This document shows, piece by piece, positions 1 through 15,155 of a DNA stretch of 64,000 nucleotides (its first letter is position 1; every line of letters starts with the position of its first letter). Made by a program: the position numbers and the translations under genes. Origin of the DNA: Psammoneis japonica (taxonomy: Eukaryota). Below the pieces are notes generated by a model. The model searched no databases. It was not told where the DNA came from and saw nothing but the letters and a program-made list of their open reading frames with translations. Location of the stretch: assembly GCA_008632985.1 (NCBI GenBank), contig QPGO01000005.1, forward strand, positions 579,607-643,606, read 5' to 3'.

Positions 1-633
1 CATGATCCGCGTACTGGCGGCTACGTGGTTTCTACGTAGTCCCAGAGATCACAAAACCGGGACACGTTTTTTTTCTGTTATCAAAACCTGACCAAAACAC
101 CGTTTAGCGTTCCTCGGCGCCAATCTCAATATCGTTTCGGAGGCTAACGACGTGATGAACTGTTGCGATACCGACAGGTGATGATTTGAACTACTGTGCT
201 TCCGACGTGTTTATCGTCCTACAACTTCTACTACCATTACAACCCAGGACAAACGTTCTCGGTATCATTGCCCTACAAATAGCTAGTAAATTACTCTTTC
301 AAACTTTTCATTATGTTCCTGTTTGTTTTGCTTAAAAGCACGAAAGCTAGAGCTTAAGCCAAGTTCCTGCTTGACTACATTCGTGCGGGATAGGAGCTAG
401 GAGCGAACGGTCTACGACTCATATGATACCTCATTAAGTGGACAAATGAAAAGCTATTGGTTCGAACGTACTTCACATACTTCAAGCTTGACTATTATTT
501 ACAACATTGTCAAGACTATTCTTTCTCTGAATATCATGGATATACACCAACACAAATACACATATACTTGGAGACAGATAGGATGATTCGTCCCCAGCTG
601 AAAGTGGCGTTGAAAGTATACGCAAGCTGGACT

Positions 634-3391
<2,758 letters not shown>

Positions 3392-4005
3392 GCAAGGTCA
3401 TGGACGTCAATACCCAACCCATTGCGCATTATGATTGTCATTATTCGTGTTATTATCAACTGTAGCTTGCTTGGTTTGGTCCGAAAGGGAGCGTAGGACA
3501 CGCCACAGCCCCATACCGACATAAGGAAGAATGTTAATTGAAACGAGATGGTGTCGATACCGACACGAAACTATCACCCATTGTTCGTCCTTGGGGGTGA
3601 TACATTTCTCAGTATCCTCTCTATATGAGTGATAAAGACGAGCATGTCAAAGAAAATAAGTGATATACTGAAACAAAAGCGCAATACAATTCGATAGCAA
3701 CAGAGAGCGATAATGAGTATCGAATCGTGGTGTAAATACAAAATCCATTTTTTCATCTTACAATTGGCCGATTTCCTTCAAATAAGCAGCATAAGTTGTT
3801 TCTATATGATGCAAAAGACTAGTAGATAGCGTTGTTATTGTTGAAAGGGTCGGCAATAGCCTAACAAGCCGCTCCGAATCTCATGGTGTGTGCTGTTTTG
3901 AGGAATAATGCGCACACGTGACTGAATCAGTCCCGTCTGACTTCCTTGAGCGGTGAGCGGCGCGCTCATCTCAGCCCAAAATAGTCCAACTCAACCTACT
4001 GTACC

Positions 4006-5270
4006 ATGGGATCTTTAGCGGAGTCACCGTCGCAATACGTTGTGGTCACCACCACATACCCAACCACCTATGGCTGTTACCGTGGAATACGCTGGTCTCC
4101 TCCCGAGCTTCTTGCCCGCACGGACAAGTCACGCTCCAACGAAACGTACTCCACTCATGCAGACGCTGTCGAGGCCGCACGCAAAGCACGAAACCGCAAC
4201 GAGTACTTTACGGATGCTTGTGAGCCGTCGGATGATGATGAAGAAGATGAGTATGACAGCGGTGACTATCGATTCACAAACACGGACCAGCCACCCTACA
4301 GATCGGCATTGTGGAGGACGATGCAGAAGAAGAATCAGATGATAACAAAAAGGAGGGGAAAGACGACGCAACTACGAAGCCATCTGTTGTCGAAATACCT
4401 TCCAATGCGTCAACCGTAAAAACGCTAATGTACAAGGGTGGCAAAGTTGATCTTGGCAAGTACGCCACGGATTGTAGCAGCGCCAAACCGGAACAAGTAC
4501 ACACTGCAACGGAGCAAGAATTGGCGACAGTCGGCCTACTCCGCATCTTGCGCGCCTCCACATCGTTGGAGGAACTTCACCTCCAATACAAGGATTGTTT
4601 TTGGCCTACCATTTCACCAGCCTTTATTGGAAAGATCCTTGCTGCCGCTCCTCATTTGCGAAAGACCCTCAAGGTGCTATCGCTCAGTCCTGGGCGAATG
4701 GATCCAGATGCTTTACCCCTTATTGGACAATTCAAGATGCTCGAACGACTGGATTTGAGCAATTGCTTTACCGCCGAATACTACCAAGATGAATATGATT
4801 ACGACGATTATGAGGAACCGAAACCCCTCCCGTACGACGCACCGCTGTCGGAATGCGTCAGTACCCTTGACCATCTTCAGCGTCTTGACTTGGGCCATGG
4901 GGATGGAGAATCCAAGCGCTACTTGCACGACTACATGGTGTCGGAAAATGTCGTGACGGACATTACCATGGATTTGTATAATGAGCGAAATGGCCGTCTG
5001 ACTATGGATGATTGCAACAAGCCAGAACGGTGGCCATCGCTAGAACGAGAGATTGCAGCTAAATGCCATGCCTTGGTGTGTATCATGCAAGACGAGGATG
5101 AAAACGAGGATATTCGAGCCATGGCAAAAGAAGAGGCCAAGACGTGTCCTACGTGTGAAACGGCGGCCAAGAAACGCTGCACCGGTTGCAAGAGGCAGTG
5201 GTACTGTTCGGAGGAATGTCAGAAAAAGGACTTTAGGATGCACAAGAGGGTTTGTATGGAGAAATTTTGA
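4006..5270 (+). CDS. MYND zinc-finger protein with LRR-like middle region; frame break near 4290-4310
   Basis: C-terminal CPTC...RCTGCKRQWYCSEECQKKDFRMHKRVC is a MYND finger. LEELHL/LERLDLSNC/LQRLDLG are LRR-like. The 5' part lies in ORF 4006-4419, a different frame. Confidence 0.7.
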
Positions 5271-5899
5271 AACTGACCGTTTGAGCCGACTCTCCCAAGC
5301 GAGATTTGCACGCAGTGACACTCTCACCCAATATACAGTTAATGTAGAAGTAGTTGAAATGAGAAGAAAGCAGCATAGTTATGGTTTCCATTTTGCAGAT
5401 GAACAACCAACCAATCGTCAGATCATTCGAAAAGTAACGAACGCAAACAAGAAAAAGTTCGTGACTGTAATCTTACGTCCCCGCTTTAGTAAGAACAAGA
5501 AGGGAAATAAAGTAGACCAGTGAACCCACTGACAGACTACAAAACGACAAACATCGGCGGCACGATGTTCAATGTGATGACGGAGGAAATAAGCTCGTGG
5601 GGCACGAACAGACATCGACGTTCTTCAGGTGAATCCACACATTACACTCAAATGGCACAACCCCTGCTGACCATTTTGTTCGAAGCACGGCTCGAGAGTC
5701 TTGAGCTAGTAGCTAGAGGTAAGCAAGACCCTGTTCATTCTAAAACATGTGTTACGTTGTGCGATCTATTCATCAAGCTCTCCCGCTCCAAAAGAGCGGC
5801 GCTCGAATACTGTATTTCGGCGACAATGACTACTGCATTTGGAACAGTCCATCATCCAAGCGAACTTACATCAACTACGCAGTGCCATATATGCTATCT

Positions 5900-6739
5900 C
5901 TAGACGTTGCAATGATGGTGGCTACACGCAACACTTCCGTTTGTTGTCGATCGGCAGCATCCTGCAATTTTGTGAGAAATATAGTTGGACGCGATCAGAA
6001 GCCCACACCCCACGACGTTTACTATTCGGTGCAATGCCGTTCCATGGTGCAACTTATGAGCCACATGATGAGGAAGTCGGGAATGTATGGGCCCAGAGCC
6101 GTGTCCATTAGCCAAATACACCTAGACATGGGGTATCAATGTGGAGAGAACTCCGATGGTAAGAAAACTAGCCATACAATACAGAAGCGTCTCCCCACTG
6201 GAAACACGTACCATGAAGAGACCTGACAAGGCCATGGCGACAATCCACGCTTTCTTATGCGACAAATAGTTCATTGCAGTCGCAAAGAATCCGACTACAT
6301 CAGTTGCACATACATCGAGATAATTGTGAGAGACATTGTCTAAGAAGAAAGCAAAGGCAACAACTGCAACAAACCTAACCACGTACCAGGAATAACAAAA
6401 TACATCGCGACATTGCAGCCTGAAATAAAAGTAAAAGAAGCGGTAACAACACCAGTAAGTTGAAAATGACAAAGGCATAGAAGAAGCGATGACGAATCCC
6501 ACAGTCGTCAGTCTCTGTAGCTTACCAAGTGTATGCATCCATTCAGCGTGCGACGGAGACGCCATACCAAACAGTGGAAGAAGAAAGGTCACAATTGGCA
6601 GGACCGTACAATCTAGCACGCACAATATGGACGCGAAATTGGATGCCTTTGTTAGTGTTTCTTTCCAGCTGGAAGAAACCACCAAGCGCCGACTTCCCAA
6701 TAGGCCATTCATGGTCTTGGTGCGACCGGCGTCCATCAT
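5900..6739 (-). CDS. MerC-family membrane protein, paralog 1 (spliced)
   Basis: ASILCVLDCTVLP is the MerC-type CxxxC motif. Introns at ~6420-6525, ~6295-6386 and ~6122-6210. The last exon (5900-6121) reads YLANGHG...HRIVNVVGCGLLIASNYISH with a His/Cys-rich tail. Confidence 0.7.
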
Positions 6740-7585
6740 GATTCAACAATGGTTGATGATTGGTACAGACACTTGCCAGTACAACGTCAAAAGAGGATGT
6801 TGCGAGGCCAATACAATTTGCTGTCGACAAGGGGCGACGGAGATGCTGACGTTCTTGTTATCTGCTTTGAGCGTCGTCCATCATTGCGAAGGAAACCAGC
6901 GGAAACACAAAACACAGCATGAAAAAAGAAAAACATGAAGAAATGCCGAGGGCCGGCGAGGGGGGCGCCGACTCACTCGACTATCTTCAACATGGAAAAG
7001 TATTATCGCGCGAACAGTACTTCTAGAAGAACAGAAAAACATTCAAGCTTGAATATTTATGATTCAACTTAATACATTTTTATCTACTAAATACAACAGT
7101 AGCAGCCAGTACAGATCCTACACACTGCGAACCGCAAGTGGTAGCATGCCGGTATCAAATTTTCAATTCTCTTCCTTTGTTTTTCCACCGCCGAATCTAC
7201 TCAGTAGGTGAGGAACATCTCTGGCAGCCACTAACTACCGGTATCCAAAGAAGATCTGCCCTCCATGCGTTCGATGTTCTTGCCATCACAGGCTGACGTA
7301 CGAAATAGATAGAGGCAGTCCAGCGATCACGAAAACCGAATAGTTGCACTGATTGACAGACTGCTTCAGTACAAATTCTACACAAGTTTCTTTGGACACT
7401 GCGAACCGCCATCAAATCTATCAACAAACAAGGTATTCTCAGTTGTCACATGAGCTGATGCAATTTGCGGTACTTACTACATTTCATATTTCTTTCGCCA
7501 TCGACTCTCTCTTCAATCCCCTGCTCTTAATGGAGCACACACACTCTGTGTGAATTTCGAAGAGTAGTCCTGAAAGAAACAAAAC

Positions 7586-9514
7586 ATGTCGAAACACCAA
7601 AGAAAAAACACCGCGGACACTTTGGACTCGAAGGATCTTATTGCACGGTCCTTTCCCACTCCAAAGTTTGTCTTCACAATTTGTGCTCCAACGGTTGTGA
7701 TAGCGCGCAGCACAGAAATTAGGAAAGAGTGGAAGGATGATGTAGTTGGGCGTACCTCTCGTGAAGATAAAGGGATTTCAACAAGCTTTCGAACCAACAC
7801 CAGCAACAGTACAGAGACGATCCAAACTACAAAGGTCAGAATGGCGTCTCTTTTGGTGAAGATGCTGAACCGACTCATTCGCGAAGAAATCATACCGTAC
7901 GAAGCTGTTTTCTTTATCTGCGGGCCAGAAATGATGTATGTTCGAATTCTTGTGCCATCGTCAGCCATACCAGCCATAGTGACCAGTTGTGAACACATTG
8001 GAGTTGGAAATGTGGTTGGTATGTGCTTTATCTGCCAACTCGAAGCCGCTTTGCTTCCTCCAGCCTTGGCAGGTCCTACGAAACAGATAGATATCATCCA
8101 TCTTGGAACGCTACCCTTGTCGACAAACTCCAAAGCAGAGAAAGGCGTCCTCACGATGGATTCTCGAATATCCTCTGCTGACGAAATTGCCGCCAATGTT
8201 TCGTGGGGGGAAGACTCGGTCAGCACTGTACTAGAAGAGCCTGAGTTTGAAGATGAGATGAGAAGTTCCTTGAAAGCTTCCGTGAATGTTCCTTTTATGA
8301 AGCCTGAGCGAAAGGAACAGCTCCAAGAAATGATTGAAGACGCACGGAAGGAGTGGCGAGATACCGCCTCTCGCGTGAGAGTTGCTCAAGTGGTCGAAGA
8401 AGTTTCGCAGAGCGCAGCGCTGACCTTGGATTATATTGCGTTTGTTATTTGTGCGGCAGTCGTTGCGGCGGTCGGTCTCGTGGCTGACAGCAGTGTCACC
8501 GTTATTGCGTCCATGCTCATATCTCCAATCATGGGTCCTGTGCTGGGGATCACGTTCGGCACTACCGTACGCCTCAAGAAGTTGATCCGGACATCTCTTC
8601 GAAATGAAATTTTGTCCATCGGAATTTGCATTATCGTGGGAATGATAGCTTCCGTTATCGCCACCGTCGCTGGTGTTCCAGCCGAACGAGACTGGCCATC
8701 CTTCGAAATTGTGACGAGGGGGGACTGGCATGCACTGGTTTCTTCGGTTCTTGTCGCGCTCCCTTCGGGTGTGGCTGTTGCTCTGAGTACCTTGAATAAG
8801 AACAGCAGTGGCATTATTGGTGTCGCGATCTCTTTGAGTCTTCTTCCCCCCGCCGTCAATGCTGGGGTTAGCTGGGCGTATGCGTTGATGCTCTTGTCCG
8901 ATAAGTATGATCCTAACGAAGGCGACACAACGAACTATGGTGGGAATGGCTTGGTTTCCATAGCAATAACCTTTGTCAACATTGCTTGTATATGGATCGC
9001 TGGTGTTGCAACGTTCAGGTTGAAGGAGGTTGCTCCAATTAAACAAAAGAATGCGTTCTGGACGAATGACATTGCTGTATATCGAAATGCGCATGATTCT
9101 CATATTGAACCAAACCTTGAGGTACTAAACGACGGTATAAAGGCAACAATTGAGCTGCAGGAAGCAGAGGCTGCTACAGATGATGTAACTTTGAGTGCCA
9201 GGGAAATAAAAATGCAGCGAATGAGAAAGATGCAAACACGGCGGAAAGCTTTTCGTCGTCGCTCTGCAGTAGGCGGACATGAACTTGATGATTCTTTTCT
9301 TCCCGATCACATTGATCTGTTTGGTTCTGTCGTTGGAGATGCAACGTCTACAGTGTGGCGACGAGGTGGGCAAGGTTCCCGCAGTGCGTTGAAGCGCGAG
9401 GAAACCAAGGCTGAGTTGCTCGAGAATGCGTACAAGCTCGGAGGCATCGAAGAAGCTGGCGAGGCTTTATTTGATGATGAGCTTACTGGCTATAAAGGAG
9501 ATGCCCAACCTTGA
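7586..9514 (+). CDS. DUF389 domain multi-pass membrane protein
   Basis: Contains GLVADSSVTVIASMLISPIMGP and GVAISLSLLPPAVNAG, typical DUF389 motifs. Intact 642-aa ORF; the start codon is uncertain. Confidence 0.85.
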   Translation: MSKHQRKNTADTLDSKDLIARSFPTPKFVFTICAPTVVIARSTEIRKEWKDDVVGRTSREDKGISTSFRTNTSNSTETIQTTKVRMASLLVKMLNRLIREEIIPYEAVFFICGPEMMYVRILVPSSAIPAIVTSCEHIGVGNVVGMCFICQLEAALLPPALAGPTKQIDIIHLGTLPLSTNSKAEKGVLTMDSRISSADEIAANVSWGEDSVSTVLEEPEFEDEMRSSLKASVNVPFMKPERKEQLQEMIEDARKEWRDTASRVRVAQVVEEVSQSAALTLDYIAFVICAAVVAAVGLVADSSVTVIASMLISPIMGPVLGITFGTTVRLKKLIRTSLRNEILSIGICIIVGMIASVIATVAGVPAERDWPSFEIVTRGDWHALVSSVLVALPSGVAVALSTLNKNSSGIIGVAISLSLLPPAVNAGVSWAYALMLLSDKYDPNEGDTTNYGGNGLVSIAITFVNIACIWIAGVATFRLKEVAPIKQKNAFWTNDIAVYRNAHDSHIEPNLEVLNDGIKATIELQEAEAATDDVTLSAREIKMQRMRKMQTRRKAFRRRSAVGGHELDDSFLPDHIDLFGSVVGDATSTVWRRGGQGSRSALKREETKAELLENAYKLGGIEEAGEALFDDELTGYKGDAQP

Positions 9515-9637
9515 GCAATGGTGAGATGCGACGTTCAAGACATTGTGACGGGGTTGACCAACAATTTCAGTCTGTATTTGTCAGTCATGATGAGCGCGCG
9601 TCTAGAGTAGTAGTCCTTGAATATTTTCTAGTGTTTT

Positions 9638-10587
9638 TTAACATCGACAATTCCATCCGTGCGTGCCTTCCTGTCCATGAGTGTATCGATGAGATAAATA
9701 GTTAGACCCAAGTAGTAGCGCGCACCCCATGATGTTTGTTGCTCGGTGGAGCAGATACCCGCAAGAATGTACAGCATGCAAAAGATTGTCGGGTAACAAG
9801 GAGAGAATCGGACCACCTCCATGCGCATTGGCAATGTAGACAAGAAATAGGCCTGCAAATGCAGAGAGTGTCAGCAGTGGTCGCTTGTGCGAGAAGGCAT
9901 TCAGCGTAGCCGTAGCGCTTCCCACTTCAGGCAGAAAAGCGCACCGAACCAAGTAAGTTGCAAGTAGAAATACCGGGTGCCAATTGAAATCTCTCGACAG
10001 AATGCGAACGTACCTGGTAAAACAAAGTTAATTGCGATGGAGTGTCCTATGCTATGCATCAGTTCCATCTGCGATGAAGAGGCGGCAACACCCAGCAGCG
10101 GTAGAACGACGGTGACCACAGGCAAGATGGTGCAGTCGAGCACACAAAGAAAAGATGCTGCATTGGAAAGGCTGCGCAGTCGTTTCAACCACGCAGGAGT
10201 AGAGCTATTTCTCATTCCAATATTGCTATTTTCGACTACTTGTTGTCCCATAGAAGTAGTTTCCGACTTCTGCCTTTTCCTTCTTGCCGACATGGAAGTG
10301 TTTACAATCATTCCAGGCGGAGTTTTGAAAGCGATATTGTCGATTGAAGAGTCGCGTGAGGTCGGAAGGAGCGTTCGTGGGTGAAGCGCAGGAAGATCAG
10401 AAGCTAGTCTACCCTCGACGAGGGTGCCAGTTGCCGGGAGCATCGTTTTTTGTTGTTGTTTCTTGGCTCCTTTGGTGTTGGAATCTGATCGTGGAGCAGT
10501 TGCATATCCAGCCGCCAATGAAACGAATGTTGCAGACCATACTAAACGACAAATCAAGAGGCGCGTGGATACGGTAGTAAGGGTCAT
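9638..10587 (-). CDS. MerC-family membrane protein, paralog 2 (spliced, N-terminal targeting-like extension)
   Basis: SNAASFLCVLDCTILP...MHSIGH, then YIANAHG...HRATNIMGCALLLGSNYLSH. Clearly homologous to 5900-6739. Start inferred at ATG 10587. Confidence 0.7.
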
Positions 10588-10904
10588 GGCGGCGATGCAG
10601 ATTTCCAACTCAACAACAGGCAATGACACTAAAGAATACAGTAAGCATGGCGCTGGAACGAACACGATCACCGCAAAATGGCCTATTGAGCTTTTGGGAA
10701 AGGAATTTCGAAATTCTGACACGTCATCGCGCATCCACCGGGATGGACGGACGGACGCACGAAAGAGAGCCACGGCGGACGGCGGACGCGCTCGTTGATT
10801 CGATTGACGCCCATTTGGGCAACTCGTGACTTCGAGATCCAAAATAGTGCGTGGGGGATATTTCGACAATACAAAGCTGCAAGTTCACCTTTATAATTTC
10901 GTGG

Positions 10905-12059
10905 CTATTCCTTCTCCCAAATTGCAACGCAGCGAACTTCAATACTTCTTCTTGGAGGTGCATCGGGTGAAGACGTGGGGTCCAGAAATGCGGAATGAAC
11001 GGTGAACGACGATGTTGCACTATCAACGTCGTTGCCAAGAGCAATACCGCCAACTGAATCCCACTGTTTCAACAACAGCGCTTCTTCTTTAACCATCTTA
11101 GGAAAATAACACCACTTGTGTTTTGACTGCGGACAGCAAAAGTAGTTCTCACCCACTCTATCTGAGTAGTGGATTTGAAAGGTTCGTAAGTCGCCCCACT
11201 CCACGGTTCCGGCATCAATGCATGCTAGAGGCATTTGCTGCACCGGTTCACCATTTGGACAAATATTTCTCCACACATTGATGAGTGCGAAGCGTCGCTT
11301 ACCAGCCATTGCTTCCTGTACCATGGCTGGGTCCAACAGTGATTTGTCCTTTAGTCTTTCCTTCAATACGTCGTTCTGCTTTGGTTTCTTTGCCAGATCC
11401 TGAACTCGTCTCGGTGCCGAGACACGTGTATAATCTGCATGAACCAGACTGGCAGGATTCTGTACCGCCGCTCCTTGCGAGTTTTTAATCCTGCCCTTGG
11501 AATTGCTACGGCTGCTTCTCACATTGTGATCAAAAGCTTTGACCAAGACCCTCGTGCCGCTCACGCTCGAATCTTCTAGCACCGATTGAAGTAAGTCTTC
11601 ACAGCAAGGATAGTACCTGTCTAGAACATCATTTTGATCCATAAAATCTATGGTGTCGTCTACCTTTTGCTCGCGTAGCTCAAATCCATTCTCATCGAGC
11701 GTGATTGACTCCCCGCGGACATTGTGAATTTGCGCACACGTGGGAAGCCAGATTGCTCCCTCCAACGTAGAATCAGATCCAGCTAAATTACGGCGTGTTG
11801 ACATCACGGTTGTTTCCGGATCGACGTAATTCATCATGGACGGCACCGACGAAAGCTCGCCATTTTCTCGGTACACCACGTTTGCGCTCTTGGGCACAGA
11901 AACCGTACTTGGCCAAGACGACGAGGTCGACGGAGAATGGACTGCCTTGGACATGGTGTAACAGCAGCAACTTTCAAGATAACAAGCGAGATACAAAATA
12001 AGACAAACGCGAGAGACAATGGAACCAACGACCAACAAACAACTTCTCCGGTGCATCAT
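10905..12059 (-). CDS. CmcJ/NvfI/AsaB-like oxidoreductase ('methyltransferase CmcJ' family)
   Basis: Contains FDHNVR, VHADYT, INVWR, PLACID, WCYFPKM..EEALLLKQWDS and HSAF.DP...RRSIEVR. Confidence 0.8.
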   Translation of the reverse strand: MMHRRSCLLVVGSIVSRVCLILYLACYLESCCCYTMSKAVHSPSTSSSWPSTVSVPKSANVVYRENGELSSVPSMMNYVDPETTVMSTRRNLAGSDSTLEGAIWLPTCAQIHNVRGESITLDENGFELREQKVDDTIDFMDQNDVLDRYYPCCEDLLQSVLEDSSVSGTRVLVKAFDHNVRSSRSNSKGRIKNSQGAAVQNPASLVHADYTRVSAPRRVQDLAKKPKQNDVLKERLKDKSLLDPAMVQEAMAGKRRFALINVWRNICPNGEPVQQMPLACIDAGTVEWGDLRTFQIHYSDRVGENYFCCPQSKHKWCYFPKMVKEEALLLKQWDSVGGIALGNDVDSATSSFTVHSAFLDPTSSPDAPPRRSIEVRCVAIWEKE

Positions 12060-12577
12060 CTTGCCCCGCTGATGCTTCTTCGACCGACTCCTCTCGTTTC
12101 TACATTTTGGTTAATGATAATATTCAATATCTTATATATTGTATTCAGAATAACGGCTTTTTATGAAATAATTCAATACGTCTTACATGAATGGATGTAA
12201 GAATGATTTTTCGAAATTCCTCGAATTTGTCGATGCTTTTTGAGTAAAAGGTTACATGTTGGACACAACAATGACGCTTCGCTAATCGCGTCATCCTTGT
12301 TGTTACGTATGGTGTATGGTGCTTGTGACGAGCCATGTGCTGCAAGTTGTCTAGTTCCCAACTCACAAGCCAAGATCAAGAAAAAATTGCGGCATGATTC
12401 ACCTGCCTCGTCAGTCTCGTCTGCAAGCAACGATCAGCATGTGTGAGATAAAATGTTGGAGAGATATTCTTCCGCGACCGCAGACATTTTGTAACATAGA
12501 AGTAACCAATGAATAACCAGCAACCAAGCCATTAGAAGAGAAAGTGAATCATCACCCATCATGCCTACTTACTACGT

Positions 12578-14263
12578 TTAGCTCACTTGATGGTGGTGGA
12601 CGACCGCCAACGCACCCATTTCGACACAGCACTTGGCATAACTGAGCAGGGTCAAGTTGCAAAGCAGTTCCTTGTTGCCGACACTTGATAACGACGGCAA
12701 TTCTGAGACTTTGCAATTCAGCTCGGGGTCACCCCGAAGTTTTCCTACAATAGCCATTATGGCGTCCGACGTCCCGGGCCGCACATGCAATCCTGGAGTG
12801 ATACTACGGCCCTGTAAAGCTGCGGCTTTCTCTTGCGGCGTCGCGACACGTAGGATACTGTCAAGTGAAATTCGCTTTGCTGCTTCGCGACCGACGACTG
12901 CCGAGGTGGAATGAGAGTCCTCGCATTCAAAACTGGCCGCGTGAATTCGCTGCATCCTATAAGGTAAGGCCCTTTGATTGTGTCGGGTATATTTAGTTTC
13001 CAAATGTCGGCTAATCGATTCAACAGTCAAACGTTTCTTGACAAGATCCAGAGCGTCATGGACTTGTTGTTGAATGCTCAGTACCTGAGCCGGTGGAATC
13101 GAGTCCAATGGCTGCATTCCAAGGGATATTGGTTCAATTGCTCGTCTATATTGCACAGTGCTATCCAATGATTGTTGAACAGCAGTGGTAATGATGCGTC
13201 CCAATGTCCAATCGTGTGTTGCTAGAGCAATGGTGGCATGAAACGAAAGGTTCGTATCGAGGGTCTTTGCCTCGTGGACGAAACCGCGTGGCATGTACAA
13301 GACATCACCAGGTTTTAAAATCGTATCAACAATACATGGACCATTCAGCACCTCTGGAGGTATCTCGAGCCCTTCCTTGCCTACTTGTTCACTAGGATAA
13401 GGAAACTGAATGGTTTCGCCGCGTCAGCAAAATCACAGCATTGAGAATAATTATAAAATCCAGAAAGCAAGCTTCTCTCTGGTGACACTTACTGGGATCG
13501 GTATTTTTTCATAGACTTTCCAGTGCTTCTCGCCTACAAGCTGAATTACGAGCACATCACGGTCATCGGCATGCGGAGGCACAGCCTGACTGGACGGCGG
13601 AGTCAGATAGGCGTTGGCGTAGGCATGAGGAAAGGATTTTTGCAGATCGAGGCAGAGCGAAGCCAGGTAGGGACACATCCAATCAGCATGGTTAATAACG
13701 ATTGAACATCCATCCAAATATGCCATGAACAACAGGTTTTCACACGCACTTCCGTAGACAGTTCGTACATGTTCGGGTGGAAGTGCCTGCTTCTCACTAA
13801 ACACCAATGGCAACATTGTAGACGGATCTTCTTCATTCTCGTTTTCTTTATAACGCCTTTGCGCTTCTTCCAATATGGAAACTAGACCAATCCAGCTGTT
13901 TCGAATCAGCTCTCGAAACGGATTTTCGTTCACACGTTCATCATTCCACCCAGAAGCAACTGCTTCTTCATTCACTGATTTTCCTCCGCCGCCAACACAC
14001 CGATATACTCGACAACACGTTTGCCATGTTTTATCCCAAAAATTACTCTCAGAATTGCCCACAATGGATGTCAAAGCAAGGCTCACGTTAGCCATATTTT
14101 TCTCGATAAACTCCCTGTCACAGACATCAGACGCATAAGCAACAGAGAATAATCGTTGCTGTCCGCAGTCGATATCCGCGCGAGCCCAACCCGCGCCCCC
14201 GCCCACCCGCCGTTGTGTGCTTGCGCTTGGAACTTCGCCAGTTCCGCGACTCCTCCTCGACAT
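12578..14263 (-). CDS. JmjC/cupin-4 2OG-Fe(II) oxygenase (NO66/MINA/ROXA-like), 1 intron
   Basis: NAYLTPP..QAVPPHADDRDVLVIQLVGEKHWKVY, then an intron at 13406-13492, then LKPGDVLYMPRGFVHEA and SFHATI. The HxD...H iron triad is present. The start codon is uncertain. Confidence 0.85.
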
Positions 14264-14274
14264 TAAAATTTAAA

Positions 14275-14623
14275 CCCCCATTTTTCACCAAGTGGAAGCA
14301 CAATGCTGTGCCGGCAGGCCCTGTGTAATCCTAAAAAACAAAGTTCCACTGAAGAGAAAATTTGGGTTGTTGCTGATGTGGTGGCAGCAGCAAAGCCGCG
14401 GCAGATGGCTGGCTCTGAGTTTCATGAGCTGTGCAGCTGACATGCTTTCCAATGCCTGCCTGATTTGCGCTTGCAAGACATTCTCATGAAGGGCAGCAGG
14501 TGATGGGCAAAGCTCATCTCCAAAGCCTTTCTGGCTCTGAGGGGGGTCAAATTTGGCTTGGCAGTTGGAGCCATGAGACTGCTGGCGATCCAAGATCATC
14601 CAAGTGACAAGACACCAACACCA
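14275..14623. mobile_element. TA-depleted degenerate repeat, probably the 5' part of the LINE-like remnant interrupted by the DNA transposon
   Basis: Abrupt onset of TpA and CpG depletion. Same composition as the sequence resuming after the TSD at 23431. Confidence 0.45.
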
Positions 14624-15155
14624 GGCCTGTTCCAGCTCCAGGTGCTCCGCTTTTCATCACGCCAGATTTTCTGCGCAGTTTTCAGTGCCAGACATTTTTG
14701 TCTCCACCCGGCAGAGCTTGCACTTTTTGGCTTTATGCAAACATTCATTGTTCCAATGACGCAATGTGTTCATGATGTCAATGCTCATGTGCAACAACTG
14801 AGGTGCATGATGTGTCACAGGAAGAATCGTGTCAGTTGGCATTTAATGTTTTTCTGGCGATGCGCAGAACAACACTGACTTCTACGAACACGTGCCGTCC
14901 ACCCAACACACACCAGCCATGATGCAGCGCACCACTGTCGCCGCTCCACAACCCCCTCTTCGCCCTTGCGGTTGCATGGAACCGCCTGTTCCTTTCATTT
15001 CAAAGTTGCGTCATTGTTGTCACAGTGCGATTGCAGCTCCAAAGAGTTGCTGTCATTGTGGATGACAAAAGAGTTGCTGTCATTGTGGATGACACCATCT
15101 CTTTGCATTCTCTCATTTCGAATTCGGCAAGTCGTTCCATCATGTTTTTTTTTAC

